A DNA stretch of 60,436 nucleotides from Acholeplasma sp. (GCA_036677365.1 JAVBWN010000013.1:1-60436); one strand, 5' to 3'. Shown: positions 1-14,880, numbered from the stretch's first letter. The notes: generated by a model from the sequence alone, not told the origin. Made by a program: numbers and translations.

Positions 1-108
1 ATTTTCACAATACGCGTATTTAATACCAAGTTTATAGTAGACTTATATAAAACTGATTGAAAGAACATTCGGAAAGCGAACAATAAAAGACGAACTTTCC
101 TAGTAAAT

Positions 109-136
109 AAAAAAAGCACTGGAGAGGTGTGCTTTT
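109..136 (-). terminator. Intrinsic terminator downstream of tex
   Basis: Stem AAAAGCAC/GTGCTTTT with an A-tract on + (U-tract on -), just past the tex stop. Confidence 0.7.
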
Positions 137-150
137 CTTATATTGTTTAT

Positions 151-2328
151 TTATCGAGGCTCAATCATGGAGAGAGAGACTTTACCTCGTTTTTCATCTA
201 CACTTAATACCCATACTTTGACTATATCTCCAACGGCGACCACATCTTTAGGATGTTTGACAAAGCCTTTGGAAAGTTTCGAAATATGAACTAAACCATC
301 TTCTTTTAAACCACAATCTACGAATGCACCGAAATCAACTACGTTTCTAACGGTACCTTCTAACATCATACCTGGTTTTAAGTCTTCGAGATGGAGAATA
401 TCGTTTCTTAAAACAGGTGCGTCAAACTGGTCTCTTGGGTCTCTTTGAGGGGCAATAAATGCATCTAATATGTCGTTTAAGGTGTATTTATCCACAGAGA
501 GCTCTTGTTGTAAAGCTGCCCTGTTGATTTGATCGATGACTTTCTTCAATTCAGGTTTACCAAATTGGTCTGGTGTAATCTGATATTTCGTCATGATCTG
601 TTTTGCTGTGGCGTACGATTCAGGGTGAATCGCTGTCATATCGAGTGCTTCATCGCCACCCACAATGCGTAAGAACCCCACCGACTGTTCAAACGCTTTG
701 TCCCCTAAGCGTGGGACTTTTTTAATGTCTTGGCGTGATTTGAACGCGCCAAATTGGTCACGGTGCTTCACGATATTCTCGGAGACCGTCTTATTTAATC
801 CAGATACATAGGTAAGTAAGGACTTCGAAGCCGTATTGATGTTGACACCAACTTGGTTTACAGCATTACTTACGATAAAATCTAGGGATTCGGATAATTT
901 CTTTTGTGATACGTCGTGTTGATACTGACCAACACCAATCGATTTTGGATCGATTTTAACCAATTCGGATAGAGGGTCTTGAAGACGTCTCGCAATCGAT
1001 GCTGCTGAACGTTCTTCAACTGAATAATCCGGGAATTCTTCTCTCGCTAGTTCTGAAGCAGAGTAAACCGAAGCGCCTGCTTCAGAAACAATGACGTACT
1101 TCGTTTTGAGGTCATATTTCTTGAGGAGCTCTGCTATAAAGGCTTCTGTTTCACGGGAGGCTGTTCCATTCCCAATGGCGATGATATCGACATTGTGTTT
1201 CGCAATAAATTGTCTGATGATTTTTTCAGATAAAGTGACACGATCTTCGATGTGTTCTTCACCTTTATACTTTTCATGCGGGTAGATGACGCCTTTTTGT
1301 AAGACTGTACCTTGTTCGTTTACAACACAAAGTTTGCAACCGGTGCGGTACGCCGGGTCAACACCTAGAACAACTTTATCTTTCATCGGACGTTGTAACA
1401 AGAGGTTTCTCAAGTTCATGGCGAATACTTCGATGGCTTGGTCTTCTGCTTTAGAAGTCAAGTCAGCGCGAATTTCTCGCTCTAAACTTGGGTAGATCAA
1501 ACGCTTCAATGCGTCTTCGATTGCGGCCTCTACGATAGGCACTACCGGTGAGTTAGGATTGGTTAAAATTTTTGAACCGAGATATTTTAACATCGCAGGG
1601 GTGTTGCTGTCAATAGAAATCGAAATAATTTTTTCATCTTCTGCACGGTTCATGGCTAAGATTCGATGGGGTGCCACTTTGGATACTTTTTCAACGTGGT
1701 CATAGTACATTTCATAGACATGTTTTTCATCGAGTTGTTCGCCGTTTTTCTTCACTTTTGATGTAATTAAACCATCAACTTCCATTTCAACACGAAGTGC
1801 TTTACGATAATCGGCGTTATCACTCACTTGTTCAGCGATGATGTATTTCGCCCCTGTAATGGCATCTTCAATCGTGGCTACTTGTTCGTTGATGAACTTT
1901 TTCGCTTCTGCTTGAATATCGATTTGATTTGGGAACGATAAAATCAATTTCGCAAGTGGTTCTAACCCCATCGCAATCGCTTCAGTCGCTTTGGTTTTTT
2001 TCTTTTCCTTATACGGTCTATATAAATCTTCAACTTCAACCAACTTGGTCGATTTTAAGATGTTATTGCGTAATTCGTCGGTCATCATGCCTTTTTCTTC
2101 AATCAAGCGGATGACGTCTTCTTTTCTTTTTAATAAGTTTACCCCGTATTCCCATGACTTATGAATCTCGTTGATTTGTTCTTCATCGAGACCACCAGTC
2201 ACTTCTTTACGATATCTCGCAATGAATGGGATGGTGTTGCCTTCATCGAGTAAACTTAAAACGGCTTCGATTTGTTTGTCTTTGATACTGAGGGTATTCG
2301 CGATTTCTTTGACTAATAATTGATCCAT
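151..2328 (-). CDS. tex: Tex family RNA-binding transcription accessory protein
   Basis: GNTIPFIARYRKE N-terminus, YqgF-like GVDPAYRTGCK, HhH motifs, C-terminal S1 domain (NVVDFGAFVD..DGLVHIS). Confidence 0.95.
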   Translation of the reverse strand: MDQLLVKEIANTLSIKDKQIEAVLSLLDEGNTIPFIARYRKEVTGGLDEEQINEIHKSWEYGVNLLKRKEDVIRLIEEKGMMTDELRNNILKSTKLVEVEDLYRPYKEKKKTKATEAIAMGLEPLAKLILSFPNQIDIQAEAKKFINEQVATIEDAITGAKYIIAEQVSDNADYRKALRVEMEVDGLITSKVKKNGEQLDEKHVYEMYYDHVEKVSKVAPHRILAMNRAEDEKIISISIDSNTPAMLKYLGSKILTNPNSPVVPIVEAAIEDALKRLIYPSLEREIRADLTSKAEDQAIEVFAMNLRNLLLQRPMKDKVVLGVDPAYRTGCKLCVVNEQGTVLQKGVIYPHEKYKGEEHIEDRVTLSEKIIRQFIAKHNVDIIAIGNGTASRETEAFIAELLKKYDLKTKYVIVSEAGASVYSASELAREEFPDYSVEERSAASIARRLQDPLSELVKIDPKSIGVGQYQHDVSQKKLSESLDFIVSNAVNQVGVNINTASKSLLTYVSGLNKTVSENIVKHRDQFGAFKSRQDIKKVPRLGDKAFEQSVGFLRIVGGDEALDMTAIHPESYATAKQIMTKYQITPDQFGKPELKKVIDQINRAALQQELSVDKYTLNDILDAFIAPQRDPRDQFDAPVLRNDILHLEDLKPGMMLEGTVRNVVDFGAFVDCGLKEDGLVHISKLSKGFVKHPKDVVAVGDIVKVWVLSVDEKRGKVSLSMIEPR

Positions 2329-2353
2329 ATTTTTTCCACCTTTTTTTCGGACA

Positions 2354-2375
2354 AAAAGGGCCTAATCGCCCTTTT
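2354..2375 (-). terminator. Intrinsic terminator hairpin
   Basis: AAAAGGGC-ctaatc-GCCCTTTT at the stop of the 189-aa gene. Confidence 0.65.
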
Positions 2376-2943
2376 AATTTCTAATTGAGTTCAGTGTTGA
2401 TAAAATCGATGTAGGACTGGTTAGAATGGCATTTTGAGTTGCTAAAGCGTCACCTTGAATGTGAATTAACGCTGGTCTATTTGGCAATAATAGCCCAGAA
2501 ATATAACTTGTTATACCCACATTGTGTTTGTCGTTATAATTCATAACAAAGAAGGAATAGTTTTGGCTGCCTGCCGCTTCTGCTGCTGCGATGACTGCAC
2601 TTTCTAAATCTTCACAAACGGTGCATTCTTCAAAATTGCCGTTATAAATATACACATAAACATCGTATTTGACGTTTTCTAGTGCATCTTCTTCATTGTC
2701 GTTTAATAACCATTTATATTCGTCTAAAACAATGTGTTCAACGGTTTCAAATCGATCATAATTTGGTTCTTTATCTTTAAATACGTAAGTATCCAATACC
2801 CAGTAAGTCAGTGCTCCAATCCCAATCAATAAAATCCCTAAGACGGTATAAAGCATCACTTTACTCGGTGTTTGGCTAGGTTGTACTACTTTTTTGTTGT
2901 TTTGTTTGCTAACAGGTTTCTTTGTATTTGTCACGCGTGGCAT
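2374..2943 (-). CDS. Membrane-anchored protein with a probable thioredoxin-like extracellular domain
   Basis: Basic N-tail, one TM helix, CTVC (CxxC) after a beta-strand, later RPALIHI cis-Pro-like strand; RBS AGGAG. Confidence 0.6.
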   Translation of the reverse strand: MPRVTNTKKPVSKQNNKKVVQPSQTPSKVMLYTVLGILLIGIGALTYWVLDTYVFKDKEPNYDRFETVEHIVLDEYKWLLNDNEEDALENVKYDVYVYIYNGNFEECTVCEDLESAVIAAAEAAGSQNYSFFVMNYNDKHNVGITSYISGLLLPNRPALIHIQGDALATQNAILTSPTSILSTLNSIRN

Positions 2944-3018
2944 GTTAATCTCTCCTCATTCCTATGATATTATACAAAAAATACGGGGTTCTTACAAGTT
3001 GAATAGAGAATATGGTAA

Positions 3019-3375
3019 TTATTCTTTTTTTTCAAGTAAGACGATGGCGATGGCGTAATTGTCCGTATGTGAAATGCTGATTTCACTTTGGTATGTATCG
3101 CTATTAGGGAATGAGGCGATGTAAGGTGCCCCATTTTCATCATTCAATATCGTGATGTCTTTAAAATTCATGGTTTGATCCCCACGTTTCAAAGCTTTAA
3201 ATAGGGCTTCTTTAGCGGCGAATCTACCGGCTAAAAAAGTGAACTTACGGGATTCATTTTGAATGTCTTCAAAAAAATGACGTTCGCTTTTGGAAAGGAC
3301 CCTTTCAACAAAAGCGGTGCTGAAAAGAGAGCGAATGCGGCTAATTTCAACCAAGTCGATGCCTGTATTGATCAT
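3019..3375 (-). CDS. acpS: Holo-ACP synthase
   Basis: GIDLVEISR, AGRFAAKEA and ISISH motifs. Confidence 0.95.
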   Translation of the reverse strand: MINTGIDLVEISRIRSLFSTAFVERVLSKSERHFFEDIQNESRKFTFLAGRFAAKEALFKALKRGDQTMNFKDITILNDENGAPYIASFPNSDTYQSEISISHTDNYAIAIVLLEKKE

Positions 3376-4307
3376 TTTTTCCCCTCCCGAATGAATTCTG
3401 CGAGTGCTTTGATTTTGAGTAATCGGTGATTCATTCCAGACTTAGAAATCTTTAAACCCGTCTCTTCTTGATATTTTTCAATCAGTTCATTGAGTGAGGC
3501 TTCAGGGTAGGCTTCTCTCAAACGGATGGTATCTTTGAGTTTCGCATCGATGGTACCAAAGGCTTTATTGGCTTTGATGAGTTCAATGTCTTCAAGTTGC
3601 TCATTGGCCGCTTCGATGGTTTTCTTTTCATTGGCGATTTCGATGTTGATCAACCGATTGATCGAGTTGTTAAAATCACGTTTGATGCGTTCATCTTCAA
3701 ACTTAAATACCGCTTCTACCGCCCCAATCGCACTTAAGAATGCACTGATGGCTTCTGATTCCTTGAGATAAACAATCAAACCTTGTCTGCGTTTGGTGAT
3801 TTTCGCATTCAAATCAAAGTGATTCATCAAACGTTGGATGAATATCGCATCCGTTTTATTCATCACAAATAACTCCAAATGATACGTGGGTTTGATGGGG
3901 TCATTGACCGAACCTGAAGCGAGGAAAGCGCCTCTTAAATAAGCTCTTTTTTCTTCATCGGTTTCGGTTAAAAACTCGTATTCGAGGCTGTTTTGATCGA
4001 CCATGGAATGTTCATCCATGATTTTATTCACATGGGATTTGACTAAAACCAAATACCCACTCTTTTTCTTTAAACGCATCTCTTTTTTGGAGATGATTTC
4101 GGTTTTCGCTTCATACATATTTTTAATCAACACGAAAAACCTTCTCGCAATCGAAGGGTTATTCGTATGGAACTCAAGATGAACCCCTTCACTGGTTAAG
4201 TGGATGTCTGTGTTCAAATGTAATAACGCAGACAATTCCGCGAGTTGTTCATCTTTATCCGTTCTGATTTTGACGATTTCATCTTTAACCGTTCTCGCAA
4301 ATGACAT
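3372..4307 (-). CDS. whiA: DNA-binding protein WhiA
   Basis: MSFA..VKDE start, RAYLRGAFLASGSVNDP..YHLE, C-terminal SKSGMNHRL. Confidence 0.95.
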   Translation of the reverse strand: MSFARTVKDEIVKIRTDKDEQLAELSALLHLNTDIHLTSEGVHLEFHTNNPSIARRFFVLIKNMYEAKTEIISKKEMRLKKKSGYLVLVKSHVNKIMDEHSMVDQNSLEYEFLTETDEEKRAYLRGAFLASGSVNDPIKPTYHLELFVMNKTDAIFIQRLMNHFDLNAKITKRRQGLIVYLKESEAISAFLSAIGAVEAVFKFEDERIKRDFNNSINRLINIEIANEKKTIEAANEQLEDIELIKANKAFGTIDAKLKDTIRLREAYPEASLNELIEKYQEETGLKISKSGMNHRLLKIKALAEFIREGKK

Positions 4308-4311
4308 AGGC

Positions 4312-5226
4312 TTATTCCAATGATTCTAAATACTTTAATGCGTTTTGCACGGCGATGGCACCATCTGATGTCGCTGTGACCACTTGTCGGATTTGTTTGA
4401 CACGCACATCACCAGCTGCGAACAAACCAGGGATGGCTGTTTCCATCTTCTCGTTGGCTTCAATGTAGCCCCAAGCGTTGGTGATGTTTAATCCTTTTAA
4501 CATATAAGTGTTGGGGTTCCAACCAATGTATTCAAATACACCTTTACACGGAATAACTTTCTTTTCTTGTGTCACGGTGTTGGTGATCTCAACCCCGGCT
4601 AGCTTTTCGTTTTCAACGATGAATTGAGTCACCACGGAATTAAAGTATGGTGTAACATTACTCAACTTATTCAAATGAGCGATTGCTTTTTTATCGGCGG
4701 TAAATTGAGGTAAGTTTTGAACGATGGTTAAATGGTTGACCAAAGTGGCGAGGTAACTCGACTCTTCAACAGCGCTGTTTCCGCCACCAATCACGACCAC
4801 ATCTTCACCTTTATAAATGGGTCCGTCACAAATCGCACACCAGCTGATTCCGTTAGAAGATAGACGTTCTTCATTTTCAAGTCCGAGTTTTCTTTGAATC
4901 ATTCCAGAAGCGACAATGACGGCTTTGGCTGTGTAGGTTTCCTGATCTGAAGTAATGGTAAAAAGACCTTTGTCTTTAACCACAGAGCGCACATCCCCAT
5001 ACCCATATTCCACCCCTAAAGCCATGGCGTGATTGAACATATTGAGTGCCAAATCGCCACCAGATAATTTTGTAAATCCGGTGTAGTTTTCGATCTCACC
5101 AGTGTTGACGATTTGTCCACCAGGCGCACTTTTTTCAATCATAATGGTCTTTAAATTGGCCCTTTGAGCATAAATGGCTGCCGTTAAACCGGCAGGTCCT
5201 GCACCAATAATCACTAAGTCGTACAT
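4312..5226 (-). CDS. trxB: Thioredoxin-disulfide reductase
   Basis: [16 protein letters not shown] and GGGNSA motifs. Confidence 0.95.
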   Translation of the reverse strand: MYDLVIIGAGPAGLTAAIYAQRANLKTIMIEKSAPGGQIVNTGEIENYTGFTKLSGGDLALNMFNHAMALGVEYGYGDVRSVVKDKGLFTITSDQETYTAKAVIVASGMIQRKLGLENEERLSSNGISWCAICDGPIYKGEDVVVIGGGNSAVEESSYLATLVNHLTIVQNLPQFTADKKAIAHLNKLSNVTPYFNSVVTQFIVENEKLAGVEITNTVTQEKKVIPCKGVFEYIGWNPNTYMLKGLNITNAWGYIEANEKMETAIPGLFAAGDVRVKQIRQVVTATSDGAIAVQNALKYLESLE

Positions 5227-5859
5227 TTATATCACCTCTTTGATTTGAATGAGTGAATCTAAATAATAATCCGCTTTCGCTTCTAATAATCCTTTTAGAT
5301 GCCAGCTGTAATTCATACCAATGGTCCTGATACCGGCGGCTTTACCTGACAAGATATCATTCGGATGGTCACCCACATAAATGGCTTCATCGATATCATC
5401 GAACAACCCTAAAGCCTTTTGAATGGGTTCTGGATGGGGCTTGTGTTGAATGACATCGTCTGAACCGATGATGACATCGATATATGGCAATAATCCGGTT
5501 ACTTTAAGCCCTCGTTCAACTAAAAAATGCATTTTTGACGATACAATTCCCGTCTGAATCCCTCGAGATTTCAAATGAATGAGCAGTTCTTGTGCACCAT
5601 CAAATGCACGTATTAAATCGTCATGAATCTCTAGATTTTTCTTACGGTAAACTTGGATGAGGTGTTGAATTTGTGCCTCATCCGAAACATACTTACCAAA
5701 CCCTTGAACCAAGGTGGGACCTATAAAAGGGATGTAGTCTTCCGCTTTCATCGGGATGTGTGGCAATTCTGTTTCAAAGACATATTTGAATGTTGTGATG
5801 ATTAAATGATTAGAGTCGATCAGTGTACCGTCTAGGTCAAACAAAACGGTATCGATCAT
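5227..5859 (-). CDS. ppaX: HAD-IA hydrolase, PpaX-like pyrophosphatase
   Basis: FDLDGTLIDS, KPHPEP, VGD..DI; hprK-lgt context. Confidence 0.75.
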   Translation of the reverse strand: MIDTVLFDLDGTLIDSNHLIITTFKYVFETELPHIPMKAEDYIPFIGPTLVQGFGKYVSDEAQIQHLIQVYRKKNLEIHDDLIRAFDGAQELLIHLKSRGIQTGIVSSKMHFLVERGLKVTGLLPYIDVIIGSDDVIQHKPHPEPIQKALGLFDDIDEAIYVGDHPNDILSGKAAGIRTIGMNYSWHLKGLLEAKADYYLDSLIQIKEVI

Positions 5860-6815
5860 TTGGTTGTCCTCGGCGTAATCGTATCGACATAATCTGGCAA
5901 TGCTTTAAAGAAAATGCGCTTGAGGATGAGATAAGCAATCCCACCACCCATAAATAATACAATGGAATTTAAAACATTGATTCTGATGTTGGTATCGCCA
6001 AGCATCAACGGGTCTGTTCTTAAGTATTGTTCTATGACAGCTCTACCCAATCCATACCAAATCAAATAGACACCAATCAAATCGCCTGATTTTAACCCTT
6101 TGAAACGTCTTAAGACCATCATCAGCATCAATCCAAAGAAGTTCCATATACCTTCATATAAGAAGGTTGGGTGGTAATAATTGGTTGCGCCAACGTTTGA
6201 ATCATAAAAATACATATTATCGACAATAAATTTTGGTAATTTCAACGTATTTCTTAAAAAGTCTCTCGTGGTTGCGATCCCATTGGCTTCTTGGTTCATG
6301 AAATTGCCCCAACGTCCAATGATTTGTCCTAACAAGAAGCCGGGTGCCAATAAATCTAAAACCTTCCATATGGATAGTTTTTTAAACTTTGTAAAAAACA
6401 ACAAGAAAACAATCGTGATGATGACTGCGCCATGAATTGCCAATCCGCCATTCGGGATATTGATGACATCTAAGAAACTTTCATAGGTGCCATTGGGGTC
6501 GAATATAACATAATACAGTCTAGCGCCAATAATCGCGAGTGGGACTGCATATAACAAGCCATCATAGATGTCATCTCGTTTAATACCGATTAAATCGGCT
6601 TCTTCCATCGCGAGTATCGCAGCGAAAATAATGCCCGTTAAAATGAAGACCGCATACCACGCTACCCTTAAACCACCCACTTGGATGGCAATCGAGTTGT
6701 ATGGGGCTTCCCCTCTGGTTGCGATCAATACCAGTAAAATAAAGATCGCCACCATCGATGAAACGATGATGTAGTTACGTTGATGCTTTTTAATGTGTTC
6801 TATGATGTTATTCAC
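5856..6815 (-). CDS. lgt: Prolipoprotein diacylglyceryl transferase
   Basis: GARLYYV, GGLAIHG, GRWGNFMNQE and HPTFLYE motifs. Confidence 0.95.
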   Translation of the reverse strand: MNNIIEHIKKHQRNYIIVSSMVAIFILLVLIATRGEAPYNSIAIQVGGLRVAWYAVFILTGIIFAAILAMEEADLIGIKRDDIYDGLLYAVPLAIIGARLYYVIFDPNGTYESFLDVINIPNGGLAIHGAVIITIVFLLFFTKFKKLSIWKVLDLLAPGFLLGQIIGRWGNFMNQEANGIATTRDFLRNTLKLPKFIVDNMYFYDSNVGATNYYHPTFLYEGIWNFFGLMLMMVLRRFKGLKSGDLIGVYLIWYGLGRAVIEQYLRTDPLMLGDTNIRINVLNSIVLFMGGGIAYLILKRIFFKALPDYVDTITPRTTK

Positions 6816-7746
6816 GGTCGTTTTCCTCTGATTTCTTCATATGACGGGTGATTTCACGGGTTAAGTTGAATGCGGCGTGATACCCCATATATTTCAATTT
6901 TTCATTCATCGCAGCACTCTCTACGAGGGTTGCGACGTTTCTACCTGGTAAGACAGGAATCACTACTTTTGGAATTTCTGTATCAAAATACTTGGTGGTT
7001 TCTAAGTCTAAACCTAAGCGGTCATAATACTTATTTTCTTCCCATTTTTCGAGTTCAACCACCAAACGAATCTTTTTGGTTTCACGGTATGCCCCAACAC
7101 CAAACATCGAGACAACATCCACAATACCAATACCCCTGATTTCAAGGTATCTTTCAAGGATTTTTGGTGCTTGTCCAATCAATATGCCCACATCTTTTTG
7201 ATAAACATCGACACGGTCATCTGAAATTAAAATATGCCCACGTTTGATCAACTCAAGTGCAGTTTCGCTCTTACCAATGCCGCTTTTACCAATGATGAGG
7301 GTACCCAATCCACCGATATCCAATAAAACACCATGCACTGTTTGTCTTTCAGCCAATTTTTCTTGTAGATAAGAGTAAAGCTTCGAGTTCAATGCGGTGG
7401 TTCTTAAGTTCGATTTTAGAATTGGAATCCCATACTCATTACCCAATCGGATGTATAGTGGAGACACATCTACATTGACCGAAAAGATGACTGCAGGTGG
7501 ATTGTGTGAGAATATATCGCGAATGCGTTCTTCTTGAATCACCTCAGAGAATAAGTTCGAGAATGAATTTTCCTTAGAACCAATCAAAATGACGCGTTTT
7601 GAATCGAAAAAGTCCATAAAACCTGCCAACTCAATCCCAGGTCTAGAAATCATATCCTCATAAATATAATGTTCCAAACCGGCATGACCTGCCAAAATCG
7701 TCAGTTGGTTGTCTTTCACCAAATGGATGACTTTAATGCCGTTCAT
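6808..7746 (-). CDS. hprK: HPr(Ser) kinase/phosphorylase
   Basis: RPGIELAG, GKSGIGKSETALEL, LEIRGIGI, PGRN. Confidence 0.97.
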   Translation of the reverse strand: MNGIKVIHLVKDNQLTILAGHAGLEHYIYEDMISRPGIELAGFMDFFDSKRVILIGSKENSFSNLFSEVIQEERIRDIFSHNPPAVIFSVNVDVSPLYIRLGNEYGIPILKSNLRTTALNSKLYSYLQEKLAERQTVHGVLLDIGGLGTLIIGKSGIGKSETALELIKRGHILISDDRVDVYQKDVGILIGQAPKILERYLEIRGIGIVDVVSMFGVGAYRETKKIRLVVELEKWEENKYYDRLGLDLETTKYFDTEIPKVVIPVLPGRNVATLVESAAMNEKLKYMGYHAAFNLTREITRHMKKSEENDRE

Positions 7747-7747
7747 A

Positions 7748-8158
7748 TCACTTTAACCCCCTTTTAACGGTTAACTTCTCATAGGTATATATCAATAACA
7801 ATCTAAATATGATAAAGAATAGCGAAAATCCAATGAATCCGTACACGGTGGTGAAGTATACATCCGGTACCAATCGCTCCGTGATGAATATTTGTAATAA
7901 CCCCACCAATGCGAGTACCAATCCAAACGATTGGATGACATAGTGAAATAGGTATCTTTTGATCAATAACCCAATCATCATATCGAATAGGGTAAATAAC
8001 ACAACGAATAGGATGAACCCTTCAATCGAATCTACCTTTAGCTGCATCGTGATGCCTGCTGTGGTAGATACGGCGAGCATGTTGATCAGCGATGCTGTTA
8101 AATAACCCTTAGTATAAGAATCGCCTTTCATGAAGGCTTTAAATCCTTTTTTTGCCAT
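7748..8158 (-). CDS. 4-TM membrane protein, YvlD/holin-like family
   Basis: Four hydrophobic segments; lies between uvrA and hprK as yvlD does in Bacillota. Confidence 0.55.
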   Translation of the reverse strand: MAKKGFKAFMKGDSYTKGYLTASLINMLAVSTTAGITMQLKVDSIEGFILFVVLFTLFDMMIGLLIKRYLFHYVIQSFGLVLALVGLLQIFITERLVPDVYFTTVYGFIGFSLFFIIFRLLLIYTYEKLTVKRGLK

Positions 8159-8163
8159 ATCGA

Positions 8164-13030
<4,867 letters not shown>

Positions 13031-14239
13031 TTAGTGTTTAGTTTTTAGGATGCCAGTTTCTCTAACGAATCTAGGAACTATACTGTCTTGAGGTGAGGTC
13101 ATGATCAGTATGTCTTTCGCTCTGGTGATGGCAACAAAAAAAAGTCGTCTTTCTTCTTCTAACTCAGATCGGTTTTTTGTTTGAATTTCTTCGATGCCTA
13201 TGAGCAATACCACCTTGAATTCTAAGCCTTTGGATTGGTGAATGGATAAGCAATCGACGTCACCATAGTAAGACATCTGTAAAAGTCGTTTGATTTCATT
13301 GGCTTGAAAATGGTTTCGAACCAGTATAACGATGTCTTTTTGAGCGTATTTTTGATGCAAAAAATGGCTGATTTTTGTAAATATGAAATCGGCCTCTTTC
13401 TTAGTATTACTAAACTGATGAAATTCACATAAACCTACGGTGTTTCTATGGGGTTTGAGTACTTTTTTGATTCGGTTACGATTATGTTGGATGAGTGCGT
13501 TCGCTAGATCAATGATACTGGTTGATGACCTATAATTGTCTTCAAGTGTGAGGGTATGACAACCGAATGATCGTATCAAGTATTTGGTCATATGACTACG
13601 TGAACCCCTGAATCTATAGATGGACTGATCAGGGTCCCCCACCAAAAAGAGAAATGTATGCTGATTTATGAGCCTTTCGAGTATTTTAAACTGAATAAAT
13701 GACATGTCCTGTGATTCATCGATAAAAATGTAAGAATAGGTGGTTTGAAGGTGTTTTAAGAAGGATAAATCTTTCATTTTGCGTAGAAATGCGAGTTCAA
13801 GGTCTGCATAGTCAAATAGACCATTTTCCCTTAAAAGGGTGTTATATCTTGATAATGGCTTGGTTGACGCATTCATAAAAGTCAAAACACCTTTTTTCGT
13901 GATGATTTTACTTAGGGTTTGCTCATCAAACGCTTCCAATAAATGAGAAGGTGCTTGTGCAATGCTTTTTAAATTATGACAGTCAAAGTATAAAAATGCC
14001 AACCCATGAAACGTCTTAATGACGGGATTATCAGTGCATTCTCTAAACTTCATTTTTAAATCATTTATCGTTCGTCTCGTAAAAGATATTACCAAAATGG
14101 TTCTAGAATCGACTTTTTGGTCAATGAGGTGCCTAATTCTATGAAAAATGACGGTTGTCTTGCCAGTACCAGCCCCAGAAACGACAAAAACTCTTTTTTC
14201 ATTCGTTTTCACAATATTAATCTGATTTTCATTCAACAT
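13031..14239 (-). CDS. Short UvrD/PcrA-family (SF1A) helicase lacking 2B and the C-terminal domain
   Basis: SGAGTGKT, KTFHG, IDESQD, VGDPDQSIYRFRG, NYRS, SIHQSKGLEF and EERRLFFVAITRAK all within 402 aa; RBS GGAGG. Confidence 0.85.
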   Translation of the reverse strand: MLNENQINIVKTNEKRVFVVSGAGTGKTTVIFHRIRHLIDQKVDSRTILVISFTRRTINDLKMKFRECTDNPVIKTFHGLAFLYFDCHNLKSIAQAPSHLLEAFDEQTLSKIITKKGVLTFMNASTKPLSRYNTLLRENGLFDYADLELAFLRKMKDLSFLKHLQTTYSYIFIDESQDMSFIQFKILERLINQHTFLFLVGDPDQSIYRFRGSRSHMTKYLIRSFGCHTLTLEDNYRSSTSIIDLANALIQHNRNRIKKVLKPHRNTVGLCEFHQFSNTKKEADFIFTKISHFLHQKYAQKDIVILVRNHFQANEIKRLLQMSYYGDVDCLSIHQSKGLEFKVVLLIGIEEIQTKNRSELEEERRLFFVAITRAKDILIMTSPQDSIVPRFVRETGILKTKH

Positions 14240-14630
14240 GAATTTTTACCTCCAAATTGATATATACAATAATAGATTACATTTTACTCTATTTTACACA
14301 TCCATTTTTGAAGCAAATGTAAGTTGTTTCATATTTTGAAATCCATTACACAAATAGTCAGATAACATTATTCTAAACGGTCAAAATTTGACCATTACAT
14401 CAAAATATGTAGAATTTGGTCTGTAAAAAATAGGTATGAGATATTCAATGTAACATCCAAAAACAGGTGCTTTTAGCCAATCAGCTGAAAATGGCTCTGT
14501 TATCTAGTTGGGTACTTTTGAAAACTCATTTTTTGCCCATCATTCCATCAGTATTTGTTATACATTCATGGCTATGGTATCTTATTACGACTCTCGAGTA
14601 TCCTTGTAAATATTGTATATTATTTCGATA

Positions 14631-14658
14631 TTCAAACATAATTTATATTATCATGGTT
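14631..14658 (-). other. Candidate dif-like (Xer) recombination site
   Basis: Minus strand AACCATGATAA-TATAAA-TTATGTTTGAA has the 11-6-11 layout with ATAA-N6-TTATGTT core. Confidence 0.35.
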
Positions 14659-14808
14659 ATGCGATTATCAGGTTATACGAGCAAATTTTATTTTTATATT
14701 TTTTTCGTATTGGTTTGTCCTACAAGCTCAAAAATCAATGTTTTTCTTCATTTTCGTCATTTTTTACTGTTTTATGGCCTATTTTAATCATATTCACTTT
14801 AGTTGACT

Positions 14809-14835
14809 AAAAAAAAGAGACCCCTAGAGGTCTCT
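14809..14835 (-). terminator. Intrinsic terminator of pcrA
   Basis: AGAGACC/GGTCTCT stem followed by a long U-tract on -. Confidence 0.8.
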
Positions 14836-14880
14836 ATGGATCATCAATGGATATCAATGAAAATAATATGAATATATATT

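Noticed and set aside
61..100. Three GAAC motifs and a GGAAAG/CTTTCC inverted repeat, possibly LexA boxes
   Set aside because: No GAAC-N4-GTTC palindrome is formed, and the regulated gene would lie outside the window
488..496. Perfect DnaA box TTATCCACA
   Set aside because: Single copy inside tex with no cluster or dnaA; compatible with chance
7748..8158. Prophage remnant suggested by a holin-like protein
   Set aside because: Housekeeping uvrA-hprK context, with no phage genes nearby
13031..14239. Complete Gabija defence system
   Set aside because: No adjacent GajA-like OLD/TOPRIM ATPase-nuclease gene
14467..14810. Plus-strand ORFs of 106 and 65 aa in the AT-rich gap
   Set aside because: No convincing RBS; F/I/L/Y-rich composition typical of T-rich non-coding DNA; the two overlap each other
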